A stretch of DNA of 64,000 nucleotides from Lophium mytilinum (lineage: Eukaryota). The stretch lies in NCBI GenBank assembly GCA_010093605.1, contig MU004197.1, positions 868,001-932,000 on the forward strand, written 5' to 3'. Below the pieces are notes generated by a model. That model was not told the origin of the DNA and ran no database searches. It saw nothing but the letters and a program-made list of their open reading frames with translations. The translations under genes were made by a program, and so were the position numbers. Position 1 is the stretch's first letter, and each line of letters starts with the position of its first letter. Positions 35,852-48,057 of the stretch are shown piece after piece.

Positions 35852-37815
35852 ATGACGATTCAACAACCTCAAACAGAAGCTATGGAGGAAGAGCAGCTGT
35901 CGTACGTCGATCGACTTGCCAGTAAGTGTATTCGCTTTCCTCTGTGCTCATATACACATCGTGTACCCTTCATGCTAGATAGCCATGGGCAAGTTTCTTT
36001 ACCTAGGTCTGTGGACTTTGTGCATCTTGAGGTGCCAGCAGATGCAGGACTTTCCTTTGGAGAAGCGTCAAGGGCGTCATACAAACAGATGGGTTTGCAT
36101 CGAGTCAAATTCGTTGAGACACCGACACCGGCGATCAGTATACGTGAGAGTGCCCACTTCTTTTGGATTGCAATTGAACCCTTTACAGATCTCTGCCGCA
36201 GTAGAAATTGGCGACCGCCAATTTACACTCCCTGGGTGGCCCACCGTACATTTGAAAACTTTAGATGCATGTGCACTGTTTCCATCAATGCAGAGATGCA
36301 TTTTAGAAACAGCTGGCATTCCGAAGAATATAGAGCTACTTGGCATGCCGGAGACGAAGTTCCTGACACGAAAGCAGAAGCACTTGAAGATGTCGCTAAA
36401 GTTGCCTTTGAATGGTACACACTCAATACCGATGTCCCATCTTTCAACACTATGGCATTGGTACCTCCAGAACGAGAGAAGAGAGCGCAAGAAGACACCA
36501 AATATTCGCAGACCTATGATGACACCCAGAGCTGCAGGATTTCACATGGATCAAGCCGGGCGACATTTGCCACTGCAAAGTCCCGCGTCTCTTATGCATC
36601 TTCTGGTCTTCAAGGTCTTTCCCGTAACAGGTATAATATTCCTTTGTCTATAATCTTCAACTTTGATTATTAAGACAACTTGGATATTGACGGATAAGCA
36701 TTTTGTAGAGAACAGAGCCCGTGGATAAAACATCTTGATGATCGCGGCTTGATTCCAGACCCTTTCGACGAAATGAATTGGTCTGGACGAGGTCAGCATG
36801 CGGAATTCGGAGAGGCCGAAGACGACCAAATTGCAAACCTCCTCATACCTGAGAAGATTATAGGCCATTCTCAGACGGCTGTAGTCGAGAGCGTAGTGTG
36901 CAGAAAAATCCGTCTCGCTCGTAAGACGATCAACTGCATTGGAAAGATGAAACGTGAAGATGCCATCAAAGAAGTGGAACATCTCCAAAAGTTGCAACAC
37001 TCGCACATCATCCGAGTGGTGGGGAGCTACGTTCAGAAGAAAACCCTGTCCATACTGTTATATCCGGTGGCATCATACAATCTGGAAAGCTTTCTGGAGT
37101 TCGCAGACGAGCTTGAAAATAAAACAGAGAGGAACTCCAGTTTCACCAACTTGTGCTACTTCTTTGGATGCCTCTCTAACGCCATGGACCACATACATCA
37201 GCAATTCACCAAGCACATGGATATCAAGCCCAAGAATATCCTCGTCCAACACCAACAAATTCCATTTGGCCGCTCCAAGGTCTATTTCGCAGATTTCGGA
37301 ATATCGAGGGCATACAAGAGCGTAGCAGAGGCCGAAACGGATTCTCCAACGCCGTACACAAGGATGTATGCCGCTCCAGAGGTGGTTGATCAAGATACGC
37401 GCGGGTTCAGTGCAGGTTAGTAAAATTCCTCCCTACCATTCTCACTGGTGTCAAGCCGGACAAAGCTCTAACACACACCATGCTAGACATATTTAGTCTT
37501 GGTTGTGTCTTCGCCGAAATCCTTGCTGTGCTGAACTTTCAGCGCCAATCTCTGATTGACGTTCGAGCCCGCAATACCGACGGGGACACATCTTACCAGG
37601 CAAACATCTCGCCCATAGCAGACTGGCTACGAAGCGTTCCGCTTGTCGACGTGCGGTCCCTTAACTTGGACCACTACAAGTCAAATATCATCACGATGAT
37701 GAGCTTCGACCCATCTTCCAGGCCTTCCTCTGATGACATTATGGCGAGATTCGGAGGCTATGTATGCTGTAATGAAGGACCTGAGCCTTTCGTAAGAGTC
37801 GCGGAACCCACGTAA
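35852..37815 (+). CDS. Ser/Thr protein kinase with an N-terminal dsRBD-like domain (exons 35852-35921, 36189-36630, 36709-37415, 37487-37815; 515 aa)
   Basis: Kinase motifs RLARK, KEVEHL, HMDIKPKNIL, ADFG, YAAPE and A|DIFSLGCVF; intron phases (1, 2, 1) join three ORF-track ORFs into one frame of 1548 nt. The kinase call is firm; the dsRBD call is by eye. Confidence 0.8.
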
Positions 37816-38406
37816 AAGCTGGGGAGTGACTATGAGTGTAAGTTGGATAAAAAATACAAGGCTCCGAATCTTCGGTCTGAAAATGTTACGGAGGCGAATT
37901 TTTGTCTTCCAGATTTGGAGAAATCTATCTTTTCAATTTCCTTCTCAACTAGCTTTGACCTTACCTTTCCCGAATACTTACCCAAAGATACCTTTGTATG
38001 AACATCGGACCAGACTGTACTTCTTTCAAGACATTTATTATCCCTGTATAATCATTGAACATGTTGCTCCTTCCATCTCTTCTGTGCGACGACTCGTCTT
38101 TTAGGTCTGAATAGTCGCTGTAAAGAGATGATCGTCGTCGCCAAGGGATTGTGACCCGAGAGGATTGAATGCCTAATATCTCTTAGGCTATAGCCTCATC
38201 TTGGCAACGGGCCTCCTTCCAACAACGTACTTAGCCGTCCGTATTGGTACCACTAACCCTCAGCCTCACTTGGCAAGGGTACCAATACTCAAAAGATGCG
38301 GACGCGCCTCAAAACCTCACAGCTCACGACCGTCAACAATACGCGTCTTACCCAAAAACATCCCTTACGCGCTCTGTAAACGTCTCATCCCAGACTACCA
38401 TTAACA

Positions 38407-38937
38407 ATGGGCCCGCCCAACAAACCCCGCCTCGAAATCGCCATCTACGCGACCAAAGAACCAGGCATCTACACCTACGCCCTCTTCGAATCCCCCAAGA
38501 GCACCAAGAAACTCGTGTCCAGCGCCACCGTCAAGCACAGCGTGCACAACAAGCTCACGTTCACGACAGAGGGTCTCAACCCCGTGACGCCGTGGCGCTA
38601 CGAGCGCGTCGAGATCGACGACGTCCGCATCGAAGACGACCTACTCGTGCGCGTGATCGTGGGGAAGGTGTGGTCTACAGCGACGCTGAAGATGTTCATT
38701 GGCATGGTGCCCGTGCCGGTTGATGGCGCGGGCGGGCTCTCGAGTCAGACGTGGGTGCGGGATGTGCTGGGGTGGGCGAGGAAGTGGACGGTTGGGAGTT
38801 GGGACGAGATGGAGAAAAAGGCGCTGGAGTATGTAGAGAGGAAGAAGAAGGAGGGGAGGTGTGGGGCTGGGGCTGAGAATTGGGACCTGGGGATTCCGTT
38901 GCTGGATTTGCATAATGGGAAGGAGATCGTTGCGTAG
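38407..38937 (+). CDS. Small fungal protein of unknown function
   Basis: 176-aa ORF with C/G-ending codon bias; pattern RLEIAIY...YTYALF...WRYE...LLVRVIVGKV...VPV...QTWVRDVL...W...ALEYVERKK...P.LDL...KE resembles a recurring ascomycete family (recalled, not verified). Confidence 0.8.
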   Translation: MGPPNKPRLEIAIYATKEPGIYTYALFESPKSTKKLVSSATVKHSVHNKLTFTTEGLNPVTPWRYERVEIDDVRIEDDLLVRVIVGKVWSTATLKMFIGMVPVPVDGAGGLSSQTWVRDVLGWARKWTVGSWDEMEKKALEYVERKKKEGRCGAGAENWDLGIPLLDLHNGKEIVA

Positions 38938-40408
38938 AGTGGGCTTAGGGGAGGCGTCGAGGCATTGCTGCTGCACGTCTGTACATGTACAAGGGCATCT
39001 GCGCCCTATACATATAATCCGTGTCCTGGAGGTGAATATGAAGGGTAACAGGACGTTGATGCGATTGCTTAGCGTGTATCAACGCGGCTACTTCGGTTAC
39101 TTCGGCGAAATATCCAGCTTCAAATGAGCCGTAAAGACCACGATATCTCCAGCCACTCGTTGATTGGCTGTACCGTAACTTCAAGCGACGCTCCCGTTCT
39201 TGGCGGCTGTAAGATCTCATGTATTTCTTTCATGCCACACGATATAGCAGTTCTGTGCTTGAATAGACCGGCTGCAAACTACGAGCTGTCCAATCTGCAC
39301 GCTCCGCGCGGCGCGACGGTTAACACCGACCTGATGCACCACCCCATATCTCATGGCGGCCCCTGTAGAAGGGAAAGCACACGATAGTGACCAAGTGTAG
39401 TCAGAACTCAACCAACGAATGAGAATATCCCTTTCACATATGGAGTTATCTCCATTGACCACTTAGAATTGACGTCACCTGATTTGACGTCTGATTTTGC
39501 AGAATTTAGTGACAATTTACCCCACTGGCCTGATGTGGTCCTAGACATGTCTAGACCCCGCAGGCGTTGTAACGGCTCGCATAGTCATTGTCTGCATGAC
39601 AGCTCGTGATGCGTTGATGGTTGCGGCCGACGACACCACTTCACGCCTCTGCCCACCCCACCCTCACCCTCCCTCATGATGCCATAGACGATAGCACCAA
39701 GCGGCTCGTCTGTCGAAGAGGGACATGCTCCCGGTCGCAACATGGCCCTCGATGCGTCTAGCGGCTTGGAGTCTGCCCGCGAGGTTACGGTGCAGCAAAT
39801 CAGACCAGCGCAGTGTGGATTATGCACTGCGTCGTCATGCACTGCATAATCGCTGCGGCGGGGGACCAGGGCTCCCATTGCGCCCCGCGCAAAGATAGAA
39901 ACGATGCGCAGGAGTTGCGGCCATCGCACCGGGACCTGCGACAACGTTCTGGGGCTCTGGGGATGTGTGACGCGCGGAGGCCGATGGTTGTAGAGCCACG
40001 ATACGGCCACGATGGTGTCGCGATGGCACGGCGGAATCCACGGACGGACACGGGGCGTCGATCAGGCCGTCGCAGGGCCGTCCCTAGATACAATTCTGGT
40101 GGCTTGTCGTGCGCGGGCCAGGTGCGGGCGGTGTTCGCGACAGGGTGAAGTCTGCGCGCAAGGTCAATTTCCCCTACGCCAAGCACGCTCTGGCGCTTTA
40201 TTACTGCTGAGCCCACCCATGGTCCCCTTCACATCTGCCGCTCCCGCCTCGTGCTCCCGTATACTTCTAATTCTCATGCCTCCGCCATAATAATTCCTAC
40301 CTCTTCCACCGCTCCTGCCTTGCCCCGCGCCCTGTTCGCCACGGTGCCGTTTCCAGCACCGCCCCCTTACTTCGAACGCGCTCCTCGGAGAGCACCCCGT
40401 CCCTCGCC

Positions 40409-41648
40409 ATGCGGAAAAGCGTCCTCATATTCCTGGTTACGAACATCCTCATCGTCGCCCTGCTCGTCCACAGCCTCTGGGTTTTGATTACGCTGCTGTT
40501 TGTCAATGGCTCCGAAGACCAGATCTCCCGCGCTGAGCTGCCCGCGCCAAACTCGAATGTAATCAGCTCGCGGCCACAATTGATCCCCAAGATCATTCAC
40601 CAGACCTACATAAACGAGAGCATACCCGCGCACTGGCAGGGCCCTCAGCAGAGTTGTTTGGACCTACACCCGGACTACGAGTATAAGGTTTGTAGGCACC
40701 TCAGGGGCGACTCCGCGGACTACGGCTGACAGCACGCCACAGTTATGGACGGACAAGAAATCTCGCGAATTTATTTCTACCGAGTATGTATCTCGCGGGC
40801 ATATGGAAGAGGACAGTGGCACTGACCATCCCCAGGTATCCGTGGTTCCTCGAGACATTTGACGGCTACGAATTTCCAATCCAAAGGGCAGACGCGATAC
40901 GATACTTTGTGCTCGCCCACTTTGGAGGAATTTATATTGATCTGGATGATGTAAGATTCGCATCCACTCTTACTTTGAGCACATCTGACGAGTCTCTAGG
41001 GTTGCAACCGCAGTCTTGATCCTCTTCTTGCCTACTCCGCCTGGGTCCGCCGCACCACTCCTACTGGTATATCCAACGACGTAATGGGCGCTGTACCCCG
41101 CCATCCCTTCTTCCTCAAGGCCATCGACTCTCTCCCGGATTACAACCGCAACTGGGTGATGCCCTACATCACCGTCATGGCATCCACCGGGCCTCTATTC
41201 CTGAGCATAATATGGCGCCACTACAACAGCGCCACTCCCAGCCCGCTAGAAAACGACCGCGTGCGTGTCCTATTTCCAGACGAGTATAACAACCACCCCT
41301 GGAGCTTCTTCACACATCACCGCGGCAGCAGCTGGCACGGAAGCGACGTGCGATTAATTTTCTGGGTAAGCCCATGCTCTCCGCCACATCCACATCCCCT
41401 CCCAAAACCCCAGCGCTGAGGAATCACATGCTAACCCACACCAGATGGGACACCATTGGGCCTTATTGACTTTCATGGGCTGCCTCGTCAGCTTCACCGT
41501 CATCTTTTTCGTCTGGTGGTTCTGCAACCGCACCGTCCTCAAAGGCGGCCGCAAGACCTCCTTCCTCCCCGAAGGCATCCGCTCCGTCATCTACCGCAGC
41601 GTCAGCGGCAAGAAGGACTACGAGCTTGTCGACCGCCACGAAGTCTAA
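40409..41648 (+). CDS. SUR1: Mannosyl-inositolphosphorylceramide synthase catalytic subunit (GT32); 5 exons
   Basis: N-terminal anchor, IPKIIHQT, YEYK|LWTD, YPWFLETFDGYEFPIQRADAIRYFVLAHFGGIYIDLDD (DxD), GISNDVMG and YITVMASTGPLFLS. Confidence 0.93.
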
Positions 41649-42454
41649 GAACAGCACCCCCACTACATCTATAAATAATGCTCGTTGTTTAACGATCAAA
41701 ACGGCCTTTTCTCGCAACTTCCTTTTTTTATCCCCGCTTGTCAAAAGCATTTCTAGGCGCATGGGTGTACGTATTCGTAGGGTGGTGCTGTTTTATCGGC
41801 GATGCTGCGCGCTCGCGACAATTAAGGAGTTTGCTTTTTGGCTTTTTCGGATTACTTGTTTTACTACTACCCACATTCGCTTCTGAGTTGCATATTCTTG
41901 AAGTCGACTCCTCAGCCGGCATGGCGGGGCCGCTTGTTTATAACGCTTGTAATTCTGCTCTTTCGCTGCCGCGCCGGCGTTTGATGTTTGTAATGCGCTG
42001 TTGCTGGAGAAAAAGAGAGGGTTGGAGGCTGGCGAGATGGATGCTCGGATGGGAATGAAGGGTGGTGGGCGCCGGGGGAGGTTTTGCATAGAATGGGGGA
42101 TGGCCTGATGGTCGAGTCCGTGTAGTAACAAAACTTGCTGTTTCGGGCATTTTGTGGCGAAGCTCTTCAGGGAACGTGTGTGAACCTCCGTGCAGCCAGA
42201 TCAGTGGTGTGGATTTCACATTATGGCCTTCTTTTCATAGCGTATCAGAGCACTTCCAACAGTGTCAAGCGAGTGTGAATAACAGCTCAGATGTCAGTCT
42301 ATATATCACGGCATGGTCAAAGCCATAATTTCGTCTCAAATTGCCCTCAGGTGTTAAAGCATATCAGACGGCAAGATCCAGCAATCAAAACGCATATCAA
42401 ATGGTATCCGAGTGTGGCTAATGCGCATTCATTTAAAGTAAGGTAATTTCAGGC

Positions 42455-43560
42455 CTATCTCCGTCTGCTTGAACCAAAGCCAGTGCTCTCTTGTCTCGTC
42501 GTCGAAGGCGCAGAACCCGACGAGCCTGATGAACCAGACCTGCTCGAGCTGCTCTCCCCACCACCGAACCACCCGCCGCCGCCACCACCACCCCGCGGCG
42601 CTGGCGGGCTCGGGGCGCTCCTCGTCGGTGGCGCGGGATCCGTCCTCGTCGCCCTGCCCGCCGCATACCCTGCCGCCGCTCCTGCTGCAGCTCCCGTCCC
42701 AGTGCCCGTCCAGAAACCAGGGCGCCAAGCGTTTCCGGGCTGCTGAGCCGGCGGTGGTTGAGCGTATGTTCTCGGCTGAGTGTATGTTCTTGGCTGAGTG
42801 TAGGTTCTCGGCTGAGGCTTCGGTGAAGGGCCGTAGTCGTACGGCGGTGGTGGATCATCACCACCGCCTTCCCCTCCACCGCCATAGTTAGGCCTATAAG
42901 TCTCAGGCCCTCGAGCCCCTCCTCCGCGCGCAAAGCAGGCCGAGTAAATCATGTATACGACTACGGCACAAAATATGATCCAGAAGAGGCCAGCGACGAA
43001 ACCGGCGCCAGCGTTCCCTAAAGCATCATGGTCTTCTTCGGGCTGGCCTTTAGCAGGCTCACCGAACCACCCAGGCTTCTTCTTCCCGTATTTTTCTTCG
43101 CCTTTGTCAGTGAGGATGAGGCGGTATTCAACGCCGCAGCTGCCCTTGAGGATGTAGGGGTCGTCGGGGGATTCGTAGCCCTCGCAGACGACGTCGGTGG
43201 AGCCGAGCTTGAAGTCTTCGGGGAGGGAGGCGGTGCAGGTCCATTGGATGTTGTCGTCGTCGTAGTCGGAGCCTGCGTTCTTGCAGCGCATCACGTCGAC
43301 CTCGTAGAGGCCTTTTGCGTTGCCACCGACGCACTCGAGCTGTGGCGGGGTTAGCTGGGAGGTGAGGATTAGGGTGGAGGTTTGTTTACCTGGGGCATTG
43401 CTGAGACGCGTCGGTGGCTTGTTTGTTTGCCCTGCCGGAGGGTGAGGGTTTGGACATTGGAGAGGAGGACGCTGTTGGTGGGCTTTCGAGCTCCTTCGAC
43501 AGTGCCCGCTATGGTGAAGGCTGCTACCACGGCGGAGTAGAGAATGGTGAGGGGACGCAT
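42455..43560 (-). CDS. SARAF: SARAF/TMEM66-like store-operated calcium entry regulator; 2 exons
   Basis: Signal peptide, VLLSNVQTLTL...RRVSAMPQ|LECVGG...MRCKNAGSDY...QWTCTASL...VCEGYESPDDPYILKGSCGVEYRL, one TM helix, PPPPY, and terminal STGFGSSRRR. Confidence 0.92.
42755..42816 (-). repeat. 18-bp coding tandem repeat (QPRTYT, QPRTYT, QPRTYA) in the SARAF cytosolic tail
   Basis: Three near-identical CAGCC(G/A)AGAAC(C/A)TAC(A/G)CT units on the minus strand. Confidence 0.85.
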
Positions 43561-43833
43561 GGTCGCTGTCAGTGCTGGTGTAGCAAGCTGGCAGGAGGAG
43601 GGTAGCGGCTACATGTGCGGCGGAGTGTGAAAGGACACGGTGGTCTTCCCTGCTGTGAATTGTCTAGCTCAGGCAACGACGTCGAGAGAGCTGTCGAGGT
43701 GGCGCGTTGCTCGGCCTTCGTCATTTTCGTAATTTTCAGCCTTAGGCAGCTAGCGCCGAAGTACAAAACACATTAGAACAGCAATTCCAATGGAACTTCC
43801 ATCCAGGCTCATTCAATCATAGCACTTTTCAAG

Positions 43834-45613
43834 ATGAGGCAGAGGATAACATACATCGTCCACGACCCGGATGAATTCAACCCTGACAAACTCCACGTGT
43901 TCGATGACTCGTTCAGCTTGGTTTCTGTTGATGCTGCAAAGGAGCATAGGTTGACGTTTAGCTTGTCTGAACTACCTCAAGAGGTGTGATTGGAGCTGTG
44001 CGTTAGTGGTTATTAGATGATCCTAACTTTTGTTAGCTGTACCGGGTGTTAAGGCAGTGTCATGAGCTTCATATCCGCTGGGCATCGGAACAGGCTTACT
44101 CTACCATACCGCCTTTTGTTTCCCATATATCACCAGGACTTCATGCCTTCTTCACTCCTCAGAAGGACAGGTCTCCGTACGTTCAAACTTTGATCAAATT
44201 AAAAGGCACTTTCTCCTTTTGTGGTACTTGGATGCTTATGCTTTACGTAGGGACTTGCTCTGCCCTACCCTCAAAAAGATCTTTGGCGACAGCCTTGAAT
44301 GTCAAAGTCCGAAGGTAGTCCTCGTTCTCTGTGATTCTTAGTTCTTAGCAGATATTCACATCCTATAGGAAAGCTTCGTCAACATGCCGGTCCTCTCTGG
44401 ACGCTTCTCATCTTCATCCACGTCGCAGTTTTATCAGCTGCTTCCCTCGCTAGACGATTTAGTCACATATATTCAGCAAAGTCTGTGTCCAAAATCCGAC
44501 TTCAATTGCCAGGCAAAAGCTTCTACTCTGGGCTCGGCTACTTATGTAGACTTCGACTACGATACGATATCTCATGCTCTCATTCTTAACGCATTCTGGG
44601 CACGTGAGCCGAGTGAAGGAAGCTGGACAGAATCAATATCTCTGCAAAAGGAAGGAGACACGATAGAGGTGGGTGTGCTCACCTCCGAAAAGGCCGTAGA
44701 CAACGAGGACCTTGCCTTCAGTGGCTTTCTGACTGTTGTGGGAGAGGACGCAAAACCTAGTACGTCTACCCATTCGTACTGGACTACATTGCTTCCTACT
44801 GACGCTCTTCTTGCAGAGCCAACACGCTTTCATTTTCCCTCACGCCATCACCCACTTCCCAAGTCTGCCTCATCACCTCCGCTCACCTACGCAACCTCCT
44901 TCAAGCAACCAGCGGGCCTGCACCCTTCTCTCACCCTCTCGTTTCCAGCCTCCTCCTTGACGCCTCCCGACGAAACCTGCGCCTTGCACACCTACCTCAC
45001 CCTCCCTTCAGTACTTTTTATAGACAAATACCAGCTCTCCGACCCCCTTTTCCTCGCCTCGCTCAACCTCGTCTTCCTCCGCTCCATAAGCGGCGCCACG
45101 GACCTCGAAGCCCCAGACTGGGTAGTGTCGCAATGGGGTTCCGCCGCACTCCTCGAGCTCGCCATCCCGCCTCAGCACGACTCCGCCCCACAGGATGGCG
45201 ACTGGGAGGTTTCCATCCCGCTCCACCTCCGCTACCTGCCGCCGAACCACAACAAGACCGGTCTCGAGTCATCCGCGACGCCGTGGCCCGTTGTGTTCTG
45301 GGCGTGTCGCGCGGAAGAGGGGTCAAAGATGACGGTCAATCCGTTTGATAGGGTTAATTTGGGTTATGATGGGCTGTTTGGGCCCAAGACGATGTTCTAT
45401 CACGTGCCGCCTGCGGATGTGGGGGGGTTGGTGGAGAGGATTGATGTGCCGGTGCTGGATCTGGATCGGGCGGGGTATGTGGAATGGGGGACTGTGGCGG
45501 CGGTTGTGCTGGGGGTTGCGTGGGTTTGTTGGAAGTTGGGGGTGGTTGTCTGGAGCGACTATAAGAAAGACACGGTAGCTAGCAGGGAGAAGGAGGGGAA
45601 GAAGAAGCAGTGA
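43834..45613 (+). CDS. PBN1: PIG-X/Pbn1, GPI mannosyltransferase I accessory subunit; 5 exons
   Basis: MRQRITYI...AAKEHRLT...ELHIRW...SPGLHAFF; GLHPSL, CALHTYLTLPSVLFIDKYQ, GATDLEAPDW, IPLHLRY and WPVVFWAC; C-terminal TM and KKKQ ER-retrieval-like end. Confidence 0.92.
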
Positions 45614-45959
45614 TGGGACAGGCCATAATTCAGTTGGATTCGTTGTGAATTCGAGTTGAATTCGTGTTGAATGGTTTACAATTGTATGCAAATCAGTTCA
45701 ACTGAGAATGTACCGTGCCTTGCTGTAGATAACCAAAATCGTTTCTACCACTGTTTATGGGGACCTAACTTACTATTAGAAACGGAAGGCAGCGGATACA
45801 CTTTCAGTCGGCGTACACCCTGCTGACGGCGTCTGGACTAGCTTCGCGAGTTTACTGGTCGTCAAAAATGCGGCTATTTTCTCTTATTCGGAACGTTGAG
45901 AATAGTATGAGGCCACTCAGGCAGCGGTAAAAGAGACCACCATATGATGGGGTATCTCA

Positions 45960-45986
45960 TCCACCCTCCACCCTCCACCCTCCACC
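45960..45986. repeat. Heptamer microsatellite (TCCACCC), about 3.8 copies
   Basis: TCCACCCTCCACCCTCCACCCTCCACC read directly. Confidence 0.8.
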
Positions 45987-46370
45987 GTCTCTTTGCCGGG
46001 AGTTGCATTCAAAAGTCACAGCATTCACTTCAAGTCCATGTCTTCATTCATTCCAACTCCAATTTGATTCCACTTGAGATTGCAGACATAAAGTACCATC
46101 CACTCCCGGGTTCGACGAGCTAGTATCTAATTGGTAAAAGAATAAAAACAGATAAATGATGAAAGATGGACAAAGAAGAGGAGGTATCTGCCGGCGAGAT
46201 AAGCCGAGTGGTGATATAAGCGCTAAATTGGAAGATATGTGCATACTTAATAAAGGAATATGCAACAAAAAGAGGCCAATCTGATGGATGAAGAGGCCAA
46301 AGCATGTCGATAGGGGTAGCCCTGTGATGACAGATCGTAAGGATGAAGCAAAGTTGCCCCAGATCCACCA

Positions 46371-48057
46371 TTACGCGAATTCCTCCCCCATAACGGCCCA
46401 AGGATAATCAGCCGGCGTGACCTCAACGCAAGTAAGATAACCAATCGTATTCGCCTCCAGATCCAGCAAAAGCTTATTCGTCGTGATCTCCGCCACCGTC
46501 TTCGTCGCATACTCCTTGAGCATCTTGAGATCGTCCGCAAGCTCACTCCACGAATCCGTCTTATTCCGCACACGCAGCATGAGCGTCTTCAGCACTTCGT
46601 CGAACGGCAGGTACGCGTCGCCTCCCTTCCTGATCCTGCGGTAGAGCGCGCCGATGCGCATCGGGTTCGTCGCGTCGGAGTTCTTAAACGCGGCCGCGCG
46701 CACCTCTCTGCAGAACCAGTCGCGGAACATCTGGGCCGGCATCCAGGCTTCGAAGTCGCTCTCCATCGTGACATATTTGCCGTCGGCGCCCTCGATCGAG
46801 TTGAGGAAGAGATCACGCTCTACTAGTGCACTGAGCTTTATCAGGTGCTGGGATTTGGCTTTGATCAGCCTGTGGACGCCTGCTGCGATTTCGCTCCTTG
46901 GTGTTGCCCATGGCCAGGCAGGGTACGATCCGACCAGATGGATCAACGCTTCTGTGTAGATGGATGGAGACTCGAGGTCGACTGAGAGGCTTAGCCAGCG
47001 CGCAGGGTCGTTCTTGATGGACACGAAGAGGGCTTCGCGGAACTGGGAGAGGAGGTTGCCTAGGTGTGGCCTGATGAGCTCAAGGGAGCCGTACTCCTTT
47101 GCGACTTTGATCAAGATTTCGCACTGTCCCAGCGCACGTTTGACGTTCGTCGTCGAAAGCTGAGGCGGGAAATTGTAGAACGTCCGGAACAGTGATCTGT
47201 AGGCCTGAATGACATCTGCGTGGCTGGACCCCCCAGATTTGGCCCCAGTTGCGTCCTCGGGTTTGATGGTGTTGGCGATGTGAGGAGTCCCATCTTCGAC
47301 TGGCTCGGGCTTCACTTGGATTTCGCCATTTGTGGCGATTACGTCGCTGGCTGATATGTTGAATTCTGGCTCAGATTCGTCTTCGGGTTGTAGGACGAGA
47401 AGCGGCAGGATCGGATTTTCATCAAAAGTGAAGTAGAACTTCGACGGTGGAGAGCTTGTCAAAGCTGCTCCCGCAAATATGTCATGGAACCACGACGAAC
47501 TCCGTTCGAGGACCGACTTGTGAAGCCGGTAGTGCTCGCTCACCTCACCAAAATTCGTGTCAAACTTCGTGAAGATAATCACATCGCCACCGTTGAAGAA
47601 AGGAAAGGTCTCACCCGGGGCTTTGGCAGCCATGTCGGCGGCGGCGCTGCGCTGTCTTTTGTAGGAGCGAAGTGAGGTTGTTCCACCGATACGCTTGAGC
47701 TAAGTGATATCAGTTGCAATGTCAAGAGATAGTATGTATAATACTTACCGAGGGAGCGTCACTGGCTGTAGCAGGGGAATCCGGAGTCATAATGATGGAC
47801 GATTCCTGGCTGAGCGTTCGTGAGGTGGAGATGGATGAACTCGCCAAAGCTTCTTCCGTAGTAGATGTTGTTTCAAGGTGAAGCTGATGTAGGAGTGGAG
47901 TATTGGTCGTAAGGCTATACGACTCTGGTCTTGGTTCTGGGCGAAGGTCAAGCCCAACGTAAGGATTATATAGCTTCGTACGGGGAGACTTGACAAGTTT
48001 CTCGGTTTGGTGGACCGGCTTAGCTGGTAGGCTGGAAGTATAGTCGTTCATTTTCAT
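46371..48057 (-). CDS. BTB-like domain protein; upstream exon spliced to the 420-aa ORF (start uncertain)
   Basis: GDVII...YRLHKSVLERSSSWF BTB-like start; AYRSLFRTFYNFPP...VAKEYGSL...IYTEALIHLVG...GYLTC; GTAAGT donor at 47747 and TAG acceptor near 47700 join ...DAPS|LKRIGG...DMAAK in frame. Confidence 0.78.

Noticed and set aside
38253..38263. CTAACCCT as a telomerase RNA template or telomere seed
   Set aside because: Single incomplete unit (not TAACCCTAA); expected by chance.
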